Positions 1 through 7,132 of a DNA stretch of 38,224 bases are shown piece after piece (positions within the stretch are counted from its first letter, which is position 1; each line of letters begins with the position of its first letter). The position numbers were made by a program, and so were the translations under genes. Below the pieces are notes generated by a model. The model searched no databases. It worked only from the letters and a program-made list of their open reading frames with translations, and had not been told where the DNA came from. The DNA lies in IMG/VR virus record IMGVR_UViG_3300042902_000101, positions 1 to 38,224 of that record; one strand, 5' to 3'. This stretch comes from a virus.

Positions 1-120
1 GCAGCAGCGGACAAAGCAGCAGCGGACAAAGCAGCAGCGGACAAAGCAGCAGCGGACAAAGCAGCAGCGGACAAAGCAGCAGCGGACAAAGCAGCAGCGG
101 ACAAAGCAGCAGCGGACAAA
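1..120 (+). repeat. Perfect 15-nt tandem repeat GCAGCAGCGGACAAA x8 (same array as 38098-38217)
   Basis: Direct reading: eight identical units with no spacers, in frame inside a CDS. Confidence 0.95.
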
Positions 121-198
121 GCAGCAGAAGCGGACCTTATGGGGCCAGAAGTGCCAGCTAAAAAAGCAGAAGCTAAAAAAGCAGAAAATAAAAAATAA
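1..198 (+). CDS. 3' portion of the junction-spanning (AAADK)n repeat protein gene (5' portion at 37717..38224; nt 1-127 duplicate 38098-38224)
   Basis: Frame 1 is open from nt 1: 8 x GCAGCAGCGGACAAA (AAADK), then AEADLMGPEVPAKKAEAKKAENKK, TAA at 196-198. Same frame and same repeat as the open-ended ORF that starts at ATG 37717. Confidence 0.8.
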   Translation, partial: AAADKAAADKAAADKAAADKAAADKAAADKAAADKAAADKAAEADLMGPEVPAKKAEAKKAENKK

Positions 199-213
199 TA
201 TTTTCATATATAG

Positions 214-247
214 AAAAAACAACGTATTTTTACATACGTTGTTTTTT
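214..247 (+). terminator. Rho-independent terminator after the (AAADK)n gene
   Basis: AAAAAACAACGTAT (214-227) pairs perfectly with ATACGTTGTTTTTT (234-247). 6-nt loop and a T-run, 16 nt after the TAA stop. Confidence 0.85.
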
Positions 248-261
248 TAATATTCTACAAA

Positions 262-1623
262 ATGGACCCAAAGAAAAATTTTACTAAATACGCCATTTCT
301 TTAATCGAATTATTCGATAGAAGCATTTCTATAGATAAGCAAACGAATATCTATAAAAATGACGTCGATAATTTATACCCTAATAGGATAGAAATTGCGG
401 AAAAAAATTCGAAATCGGCTAATAGCTGCGCCAATAAATTGGGGCAATATATTTTCGGTAAGGGATTCAAAAACAAAGACAAAGAAATTAAATCCCGCGC
501 GGGTAAATTAATAGATCTTAACGATTGCTTACAATTAGTGGTCGATTCGGTAAAGACGCACCGTGGCGCTTTTATCCATTTAAACTTCGACGTAGAAGGC
601 GAAGTAAACTATTTCGACGTCCTAGATTATAAAAAATGTAGGGTTTCCAAAGTAGATTATTTAGGCTATTCGGGTAATATAATATATAAAAACTGGGCGG
701 AAAAATCTTCGATTTTCAGTTTTACAAAAACAAAAAGCAACGAGGCCCAATGGTTTTACCCATTCAATAAGAAGAACGTAACGGCCCAAAGAATAAAAGA
801 CGCCAAAGGTTCCGACAAGACTACGGACCTGGTTAGGAATTACCGCGGGCAAGTATTATTTTTTAATTTAGATAACGCTAACCAATACCCCTATGCGTGG
901 CTTTCGGGCCAAGCTATTTACGACGCCGATTCGGAATTTAGACTAGCTTTATATCGAAACAACTCTATACGAAAAGGGTTCCAAGATAAAACTATGTTTA
1001 TATTAAATGGGTTCGATAAACCAACAAAAGAAAATTTCGATAAAACTAGTAAGGAATGGCTAGGGGCGGAAAACGCCGGTAGTGTTTTCAACTTTTCGAC
1101 GCCGGAGTTTGTAGAAGATCCTACAAAGTTAATAGTCCCGATACAATTAAAATCTTCTTACGATAGTAAAAAATTCGAATTAGACGAAAAAGCCTTCGAA
1201 GACGCTATAGCAAAATGCTATTTAGATATACCAAAAGTTTTAATTAACGACCAAAACGGGGGCGTATTCGGTTCTTCTGGGTCTAGTATTGTGGAAGCGC
1301 AAAAGCTTTATTCTAACGGTACCAAATTTTTAAGGGATAAATTCGAAAATTTATTCTATGATATTTTCGATATTGAAAACGAAATTCTACCTTTGATTGC
1401 CGAAACTTCCATAGATAGTGCGGCCCAAACTAGACTACAAGCGCAAGCTACGTTAAAAGGTTCTGTAGGTGGGGTCGATTCTCTAGTAAAATTAGTAAAA
1501 TCGGTAGCCTTAAAAGAAATATCTAAAGAAAGCGCAATCGAAATTATTAAAGAAATTTACGGGGTTAGCGAAGAATTGGCTATTAAAATGATAGGCGGCG
1601 AAGTAACTACAAAAACAGAATAA
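262..1623 (+). CDS. Putative portal protein
   Basis: 453-aa ORF and the only portal-sized protein in the morphogenesis region. The N-terminal segment PNRIEIAEKNSKSANSCANKLGQYIFGKGF resembles the conserved N-terminal stretch of SPP1-type portals. No diagnostic motif verified. Confidence 0.45.
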   Translation: MDPKKNFTKYAISLIELFDRSISIDKQTNIYKNDVDNLYPNRIEIAEKNSKSANSCANKLGQYIFGKGFKNKDKEIKSRAGKLIDLNDCLQLVVDSVKTHRGAFIHLNFDVEGEVNYFDVLDYKKCRVSKVDYLGYSGNIIYKNWAEKSSIFSFTKTKSNEAQWFYPFNKKNVTAQRIKDAKGSDKTTDLVRNYRGQVLFFNLDNANQYPYAWLSGQAIYDADSEFRLALYRNNSIRKGFQDKTMFILNGFDKPTKENFDKTSKEWLGAENAGSVFNFSTPEFVEDPTKLIVPIQLKSSYDSKKFELDEKAFEDAIAKCYLDIPKVLINDQNGGVFGSSGSSIVEAQKLYSNGTKFLRDKFENLFYDIFDIENEILPLIAETSIDSAAQTRLQAQATLKGSVGGVDSLVKLVKSVALKEISKESAIEIIKEIYGVSEELAIKMIGGEVTTKTE

Positions 1624-1625
1624 AA

Positions 1626-2195
1626 ATGGGGCAATGTAATTTAGAAACTTTAATAATAGATAAGTCGGATTTCGATTGTATCGGCCAGGTCGCTAACCAT
1701 TGCGACTGGGATAAGTTATGTATCTATATTAGGGAACAACAAAACCTTTATTTACTACCAAAAATAGGCTTTTGCCTATTGGATAAAATAGTTAATAATC
1801 TTACCGACCCAATTATAGAAAAATTATTGTGCGGCGGTTCTTTTACCGATTCTTCCGGCCAAGTTTCTTACTTTTTCGGACTTAAAAGAGTACTAGCCCA
1901 CGCAAGCTATGCAGCCTATTTTTTTAGGCACGGCTTCACAGATACCCCGTTCGGAGTAGTCCAGAAATTAAACCAGGATAGTCTACCGGTCCCGATAAAT
2001 GAATTAAGAAGCGTTAAAAACGAACACTATAACAATGCGGAAACGTATTTCGTCCAATTCGAAGCTTTTTTGGCTACTATAAAAGACGAAGCCCTTATAA
2101 AAGATTGTTACGCGGGGATATGTGGAACAAGTACCCAAACAGAAGAAACACAAAGAAGACAATATTCATTTTCTAACATTTCCAAAAATGACTGA
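1626..2195 (+). CDS. Hypothetical structural protein (possible head-tail adaptor)
   Basis: 189-aa ORF starting 2 nt after the portal stop. Cys-rich N-terminus. The call rests only on position after the portal. Confidence 0.55.
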   Translation: MGQCNLETLIIDKSDFDCIGQVANHCDWDKLCIYIREQQNLYLLPKIGFCLLDKIVNNLTDPIIEKLLCGGSFTDSSGQVSYFFGLKRVLAHASYAAYFFRHGFTDTPFGVVQKLNQDSLPVPINELRSVKNEHYNNAETYFVQFEAFLATIKDEALIKDCYAGICGTSTQTEETQRRQYSFSNISKND

Positions 2196-2964
2196 TTTTA
2201 AAATAAAAAACGCGACTCTTTTTACGATCGAAAAAGGTATAGAGTCTACCGATTACCCTAGGAATTTCTACGCTCAAAAAGTGGACGGTAATTCTATACA
2301 AATTAAAAGTTTCGAAAATGGTAAATCTTTTATCGTAGACGTTTGGAAACTTCCGAACTTTACCGTAGAAGGCGTAGCCTATACCGACGTCGCACTTTGC
2401 GTAAGTACTATAAATAATATAGTATTCGCTTCGGTGGCTGGACCTACTGGACCGCAAGGGCCTATAGGAAATACTGGACCTACTGGGCCTACTGGACCTA
2501 CTGGACCTACTGGACCTACTGGACCTACTGGACCCCAAGGGCCGGCGGCAAGTACTGACGCTTTTAAAATCGAAAGGTTTACCGCTTTCTTTTCCGCACA
2601 AACTAATTTAACCGGGGCCACCCTGGTAGCGATTCCTTTTTTAACTTATACAATACAAAGAGCCGGTAAAATGAAGGCTAGACTTGTTTGTAATAGGGTG
2701 CAAACGTCTTCCGTGGCCGTAAGATTCGAAATACGTAAAAATAACGGGGTTAACCCAATCCCACTAATGACGCAAGGCGATGTATTGACTTTTGCAAACG
2801 AACAACATTCTTTTTGTTTAGAAACGGGGGACTACCAACAAGACGTAGTACCTGGCGACGTTATTACCGTTTTCGCTAATGGTTCTAACGCGGGAAACGG
2901 GACGCATACAATTAGAAACAAGACTTTTACCGTAGAAGTACTAACAAACACCGCAATACTATAA
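2188..2964 (+). CDS. Collagen-like repeat protein (fibre or decoration candidate)
   Basis: ATG 2188 overlaps the upstream TGA (ATGACTGA). Twelve uninterrupted G-X-Y triplets ([36 protein letters not shown]), followed by a beta-rich C-terminal domain. Confidence 0.8.
   Translation: MTDFKIKNATLFTIEKGIESTDYPRNFYAQKVDGNSIQIKSFENGKSFIVDVWKLPNFTVEGVAYTDVALCVSTINNIVFASVAGPTGPQGPIGNTGPTGPTGPTGPTGPTGPTGPQGPAASTDAFKIERFTAFFSAQTNLTGATLVAIPFLTYTIQRAGKMKARLVCNRVQTSSVAVRFEIRKNNGVNPIPLMTQGDVLTFANEQHSFCLETGDYQQDVVPGDVITVFANGSNAGNGTHTIRNKTFTVEVLTNTAIL
2440..2547 (+). repeat. Collagen G-X-Y coding repeat; near-perfect 9-nt units GGACCTACT x6 at 2476-2529
   Basis: Direct reading of the 9-nt periodicity. Confidence 0.9.
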
Positions 2965-2968
2965 TATT

Positions 2969-3478
2969 ATGGAAAATTTAATCGTTAAAAATAGAGTTAT
3001 AGCCGAACAAATAGATAGCGCTATGCTATCTTCTAATTTCGAAACCCTTTACCCCGGCGTAGTAAAAGCTATTGTAAATTCTGGAACCGATTTTATATTT
3101 TATTTGTCTTCAGAACTTACGGAAGCCCAAATAGACGCCGTAGTAGCGAACTATGGCCCGCAAAATTTAATTAAATTAAAAGCGAAGGCCATAAAAGCAA
3201 AATACGAAACCCACAAAAGAAACGGCTGGGAGGCTTACCAAGATTTTAGGGCAAAAATAGTCCTAGATATTGAAGCGGGAACTATAACAATGGAACAAGC
3301 TTTTTTAATCGAACACGACCTTAAAATAGCATACGACCGAATAGCCCAAAATGGCGACTGGAAAACGGCCTATTTTGAACTTTCGCAAGTCTTGCCTTCG
3401 CAACCCTTCGTACAACCTTATTTAGATTTGGCTATGGCTTTTATAGGCCAGTATATCCAAACGAATTACGAATCTTAA
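2969..3478 (+). CDS. Hypothetical protein
   Basis: 169-aa ORF with an ATG start, 4 nt after the upstream stop. No motif recognised. Confidence 0.65.
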   Translation: MENLIVKNRVIAEQIDSAMLSSNFETLYPGVVKAIVNSGTDFIFYLSSELTEAQIDAVVANYGPQNLIKLKAKAIKAKYETHKRNGWEAYQDFRAKIVLDIEAGTITMEQAFLIEHDLKIAYDRIAQNGDWKTAYFELSQVLPSQPFVQPYLDLAMAFIGQYIQTNYES

Positions 3479-3489
3479 AAATTTAAGAT

Positions 3490-4017
3490 ATGATAGAATA
3501 TAGAATAAATAAAACGCTTTTAATTTCGATACTACTTATTTGTAGTATGCCGCTTTTATTTTACGTACTAGACGGCAAGTGGTACCCGAGTATTTCCAGT
3601 ATGGTAGATTCAAAAAACCATGCTATTTTCTACCTTTTTATTTTTTCGGGGTTCTTTTCAATTCTTATTTATGGCATGAAGGACGACTTTAGTATTTTAG
3701 GAAAATACCAAACGCGCAATAAATGGTTTGAATTGATTACGGCCTTTTCCCTTTTGGGGGTGGGTCTTTTCCATTATAAAGAACAACCTATTTTACACTA
3801 TATTAGCGCCGGCTTATTTTTTGCTTCTATTGCTTCGAATATTATTATTTTTTCAAGTACGAAACAAAGAGCGTTAAAAATATTAATTGTTTCGATAATT
3901 CCTATATCTTTGGGCCTAGTTCCCTTTGGATATATTAGCCTTCTATTAGCCGAAGAATTGGGCGTACTTATTTACGCGGCCAGTATATACCTAGAAACTA
4001 AAAAAATTAGTGATTAA
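3490..4017 (+). CDS. Polytopic membrane protein (about 6 TM segments)
   Basis: 175 aa with about six hydrophobic stretches of about 20 aa, for example LLISILLICSMPLLFYVL, IFYLFIFSGFFSILIYG and ILIVSIIPISLGLVPFGYISLLL. Confidence 0.65.
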   Translation: MIEYRINKTLLISILLICSMPLLFYVLDGKWYPSISSMVDSKNHAIFYLFIFSGFFSILIYGMKDDFSILGKYQTRNKWFELITAFSLLGVGLFHYKEQPILHYISAGLFFASIASNIIIFSSTKQRALKILIVSIIPISLGLVPFGYISLLLAEELGVLIYAASIYLETKKISD

Positions 4018-4028
4018 TTAATAACGCC

Positions 4029-4523
4029 ATGCGAAAAATGGAATTTAAGCCCGAGAATTACGAAATACTTTATAAATACGCCAGCGAAATAAAAGCCGTA
4101 ATTTATACAACTTTTGTTTTTTTAAACATAGACGTCGATATAGTAAAAATATTAATGCTTTTAATGCTTTTAGATACTATTTTCGGTATATGGAAGGCGA
4201 TAGTATTATCTAAAAAGGTTAGGTTTAAAATACTTTATTTTGGACTGACAACTAAAACTTTAATTTTACTTATCCCTATGACCTTGGCCCTAGTGGGTAA
4301 AGGTTTAAAAACTTACGATTTTACGCCTTTAGTAGATATTACTTTGAAAATACTAGTAGTTTCGGAAGGCTTTTCCGTATTTACGTCTATGTATGTTATT
4401 AAAACAAAAAAAGAAGTCGAAAATATAGATTTAATATCTATGTTATTATCGGCAATTCGAAAAGGCTTGCTAAATTTGATTAAGGTATGGCTTGGAAAAA
4501 TAGAAAACCCTAAAAACGACTAA
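4029..4523 (+). CDS. Putative holin (phage_holin_4 / toxin-secretion holin-like)
   Basis: Multi-TM protein of 164 aa. LLMLLDTIFGIWKAIVLSKK resembles the D-x-(I/L)-x-G core of that holin family. Sits immediately upstream of the lysin. Confidence 0.6.
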   Translation: MRKMEFKPENYEILYKYASEIKAVIYTTFVFLNIDVDIVKILMLLMLLDTIFGIWKAIVLSKKVRFKILYFGLTTKTLILLIPMTLALVGKGLKTYDFTPLVDITLKILVVSEGFSVFTSMYVIKTKKEVENIDLISMLLSAIRKGLLNLIKVWLGKIENPKND

Positions 4524-4525
4524 AT

Positions 4526-5041
4526 ATGGCTTTTAACTATTTAAAATCGAATGTACCTAAAATAATAAAAGAAGCCTATAAATTAATGGGCGTTTCTGAA
4601 ATAGTAGGTTCGAAACATAACCCCGAGATTTTGGCCTGGGCCGATAAATTAAGCCTTAAAAACGTATATACTTCGGACGAGATACCGTGGTGCGGCCTTT
4701 TCGTTGCTTATGTTTGTTTAATGGCAAAAAAAGAAGTAGTTAAAGACCCGTTATGGGCTAGGAACTGGAATAAATTTGGAACTAAAGAAGTTTGCGCTAA
4801 ACTAGGCGATATTCTGGTCTTTTCCCGAGGTTCTGGGGGCCATGTAGGCTTCTACGTAGGCGAAGACCCAAAAGCGTACTTTGTACTAGGGGGAAACCAA
4901 GGCAATACGGTTTCTATTGTAAAGATTTCTAAAAGCCGTTGTATTGGAATACGTAGGCCAGAATGGAAAATAGCCGAACCTAGAAGCGTTAGGCAAATAT
5001 TTTTAGACGTAAAAGGTAACTTATCAACTAACGAGGCGTAA
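4526..5041 (+). CDS. Endolysin, TIGR02594-family (CHAP/NlpC-P60-like) peptidoglycan peptidase
   Basis: Motifs GSKHNPEILAWA, IPWCGLFVAY (catalytic Cys), GGHVGFYVG (His) and GGNQGNTVSI. Confidence 0.8.
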   Translation: MAFNYLKSNVPKIIKEAYKLMGVSEIVGSKHNPEILAWADKLSLKNVYTSDEIPWCGLFVAYVCLMAKKEVVKDPLWARNWNKFGTKEVCAKLGDILVFSRGSGGHVGFYVGEDPKAYFVLGGNQGNTVSIVKISKSRCIGIRRPEWKIAEPRSVRQIFLDVKGNLSTNEA

Positions 5042-5043
5042 AC

Positions 5044-5196
5044 ATGAAAAAAATAATAACTATTGTATCTTTTCAAATTGGCGTAAATATTATAGGACTT
5101 CCAATCTTCTGGGACCACGATATTTCTAAAGCTTTCACTAGTAAATCTAATTATATACATAAAAGCAATGATAACTTTAAACGTAATTTTAAATAA
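5044..5196 (+). CDS. Small single-TM protein (lysis accessory candidate); below the ORF-track size cutoff
   Basis: ATG 5044 lies 2 nt after the lysin stop. 50 aa: MKKIITIVSFQIGVNIIGLPIFWDHDISKAFTSKSNYIHKSNDNFKRNFK. Hydrophobic N-terminus and basic C-terminus. Fills an otherwise empty gap. Confidence 0.4.
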   Translation: MKKIITIVSFQIGVNIIGLPIFWDHDISKAFTSKSNYIHKSNDNFKRNFK

Positions 5197-5788
5197 CCTT
5201 AAGACGATAGGTATAGCTATACTTATTATTTTAGTAGTTTGGTTTTATAAGGACTACCAGCACCAAAAAATAGAGAATATAAGGCAAACGGAAAACAATA
5301 GGCAACTTCGTATTTCGGATAGTGTTAGGTTCACTTCGCAAAATTTGAATACTGAAGAAATAAAAGAGTATTTAGATTACGAAAATAAGGACCTAAAAGC
5401 CAAGCTAGAAAAAGATAGGGTAAAACTTAATAGAATAGAATCTATAGTTTCAACTAATTACAAGTATTCCGACAATTCCGACAAAGAAACGGATCTTATA
5501 AATATACTGAAAGCAATAAAGAACAACGTACCCGGAACCCAAGAAGTAATAGATACTTCTAATTGCATGACTATAAAAGGTAAGGTAAGCTTCGACGGCG
5601 TTAAATTAAAATTAAATATAACCGATAGAGAATTTAAAAATAAATCGGACGGCGTGGCCTACTGGGAACGGAAGCAATGGACGTTTTTAGGTATTAAATC
5701 CAGGCTTTTAGGTAAAAAGCAATTTACCGCCAAGACTTACGACCAATGCGGCGAAAGCCAGATTTTAAAAATAGAAAAAAAGAAATAA
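5168..5788 (+). CDS. N-terminally membrane-anchored coiled-coil protein (spanin-like candidate)
   Basis: TM segment LKTIGIAILIILVVWFY, then a charged helical region. Last gene of the lysis cluster, followed by a terminator. Confidence 0.6.
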   Translation: MITLNVILNNLKTIGIAILIILVVWFYKDYQHQKIENIRQTENNRQLRISDSVRFTSQNLNTEEIKEYLDYENKDLKAKLEKDRVKLNRIESIVSTNYKYSDNSDKETDLINILKAIKNNVPGTQEVIDTSNCMTIKGKVSFDGVKLKLNITDREFKNKSDGVAYWERKQWTFLGIKSRLLGKKQFTAKTYDQCGESQILKIEKKK

Positions 5789-5789
5789 T

Positions 5790-5816
5790 AAAAAGCCCTT
5801 CAAGTAAGGGCTTTTT
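5790..5816 (+). terminator. Rho-independent terminator closing the late/lysis operon
   Basis: AAAAAGCCCTT (5790-5800) pairs with AAGGGCTTTTT (5806-5816). 5-nt loop and a T-run, 1 nt after the stop. Confidence 0.9.
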
Positions 5817-5820
5817 CTAT

Positions 5821-6110
5821 TTAGGTAAACAAAATAAACTAAAATAAACAATAGTTGTTTACGCCCCTATCCCGTACCGGTTAGGTCCTGGAAGACTTTA
5901 TAAACAAATAAACAATAATAATATAAAACTTTTAAATTAATATAAATCACATAGATATAGTAATATAATAACTACTATATACGTTTCGGTTAAAATGTTT
6001 GTTTTTATTGTTTCTTTGTTTATCCTGGCGAAACTTGTACTTAACTTACTGATTTGCAACGAATTGAATAAGAAACAATAAAATACAAACTTTTGTTTCT
6101 TGTTTCTATT
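5821..6110. promoter_or_regulatory. Non-coding iteron element A: forward (G)TAAACAA(T) copies, AT-rich core, then reverse TTGTTT(A/C) copies. Paralogue of 22607-22975.
   Basis: Forward copies start at 5825, 5845, 5901, 5909 and 6072. Reverse copies start at 5855, 6007, 6016, 6093 and 6100. Palindrome TAAACAAtagTTGTTTAC at 5845-5862. No ORF. Confidence 0.75.
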
Positions 6111-6136
6111 AAAAAATATTTTTAAAAATAATTAAG

Positions 6137-6180
6137 AAAAAGTTTTTATATATCAAAATTAGTATTACTTTTACGGTATC
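6137..6180 (+). promoter_or_regulatory. Conserved promoter P1 (AAAAAGTTT...TATATCAAAA..AGTATTACtTTTACGGTATC)
   Basis: -7-like box TACTTTTA at 6166-6173. An upstream AGTTTT block lies about 20 nt away. The same architecture recurs at 8336, 15194, 16267 and 18674. Confidence 0.55.
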
Positions 6181-6250
6181 GAATAAGGGGATAGCCTAGT
6201 AAATAAAAATAATTTATAATTTTTATTAAAAAATAGTTTCTTATAAGATT

Positions 6251-6258
6251 TAATTTTG
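6251..6258 (+). promoter_or_regulatory. Bacteroidota-type -7 box TAATTTTG upstream of the first early gene
   Basis: Exact TAnnTTTG match, 27 nt before ATG 6286. Confidence 0.45.
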
Positions 6259-6285
6259 TAATTTAGCAAAAAATATTTTAAAACT

Positions 6286-6702
6286 ATGCAAACAATAAAT
6301 TTAAAAAAGATTATCGAGGCCCAAAATTTAGACGTTAAAGATGTGGCCGAGCATCTATTCCCTGGGAATAAATACCCAAAATTAGCACTAGACCGAGTAC
6401 TTACCCGAAAAGCGTTCCTAGATTCTAACCAGGTTAGTAGGCTTTCGATGTTAACGGGAATACCTATCGAATTATTGTATTCTGGTGGCGACTGGGCTAC
6501 GAAATGTTCGGATAGTACTATAACTTTTTCGTCTGGCGATTTTGTGGCCGAACTTAATACCGATAGTTGGGTTACTAAAATTTACCATAAAGATACTATT
6601 TTCCACGAAGGACTAGTACATGGTAGGAATATCGCCTTAAGTATTTACCTTGAAGAATTAACAAATTTAATAATTAAATATAATAAAAATGAAGCAAATT
6701 AA
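6286..6702 (+). CDS. Putative XRE-like helix-turn-helix DNA-binding protein
   Basis: The N-terminal 70 aa (LDVKDVAEHLF...LDSNQVSRLSMLTGIPIELLY) has the spacing of an XRE/Cro-type HTH. First gene after iteron element A. Confidence 0.45.
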   Translation: MQTINLKKIIEAQNLDVKDVAEHLFPGNKYPKLALDRVLTRKAFLDSNQVSRLSMLTGIPIELLYSGGDWATKCSDSTITFSSGDFVAELNTDSWVTKIYHKDTIFHEGLVHGRNIALSIYLEELTNLIIKYNKNEAN

Positions 6703-7132
6703 AATCAAATTGGAGGTTAACCCCTCAAACGCAAACCATGTCGAAGCCTTAAACGTATTTTTAAAAGCTTTAAACGGCGAAAAAGTAGAAGAAGCTACGG
6801 AAGTAAAAACTACTAAAGAGCCAGCCAAAAAAGCTAATAAAAAGACTACCAAGAAGGTAGAAGAAATCGAAGTAGTAGACGCCGAAGTAGTTACACCGGA
6901 AGAAGAAGCTATAAAAGAAACGCCGGAAGCACCAGCTAAAAAAGAAACAACTAAAGCCGCGGCCGAAGAAGTTACTATTAAGATAGAAGAAGTAAGGACC
7001 GCTTTATCTAAAAAGGTAGGGGACCACCGAGATTCTATAAAAAGCAAACTAACGGAACTAGGCGCTAACAATGTTACGTCTTTGGATTCGAAGCACTACC
7101 AAGTATTTTTAGACTTCCTTAACGAATTATAA
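6689..7132 (+). CDS. Hypothetical protein with an acidic/lysine-rich low-complexity linker
   Basis: 147 aa with a central KKANKKTTKKVEEIEVVDAEVVTPEEEAIKETPEAPAKKE. Both termini share a VFL(K/D)xLN motif. Confidence 0.6.
   Translation: MKQIKIKLEVNPSNANHVEALNVFLKALNGEKVEEATEVKTTKEPAKKANKKTTKKVEEIEVVDAEVVTPEEEAIKETPEAPAKKETTKAAAEEVTIKIEEVRTALSKKVGDHRDSIKSKLTELGANNVTSLDSKHYQVFLDFLNEL

Noticed and set aside
1-127. Regularly spaced short repeats that could resemble a CRISPR array
   Set aside because: The 15-nt units are directly abutting with no spacers, are in frame inside a CDS, and are far shorter than CRISPR repeats. This is a coding tandem repeat.
2122-2187. N-terminal extension of the collagen-like ORF, or a frameshift fusion with 1626..2195
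   Set aside because: The extension lies wholly inside the upstream gene. ATG 2188 forms a typical ATGACTGA start/stop overlap. There is no slippery site or supporting structure.
2173-2621. Two minus-strand ORFs (142 and 80 aa) across the collagen repeat
   Set aside because: Artefacts of the 9-nt GGACCTACT periodicity, which leaves all frames open (RSS and GPV repeats). The + strand G-X-Y frame is the biologically sensible one.
4852-5160. Minus-strand 102-aa ORF covering the 5042-5167 gap
   Set aside because: It overlaps 190 nt of the well-supported endolysin gene on the opposite strand. A + strand 50-aa TM ORF explains the gap better.
6286-6702. Treating the HTH protein as a CI-type repressor, implying a temperate lifestyle
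   Set aside because: I recognise no integrase, excisionase, divergent repressor/Cro pair or attP-like site anywhere. All genes are co-directional. A single HTH protein is not sufficient.
6667-7071. Minus-strand 134-aa ORF opposite 6689..7132
   Set aside because: A low-complexity Ser/Ala/Thr string produced by reading the GAA/AAA-rich + strand gene backwards. No start context, and it lies entirely inside a + strand gene.
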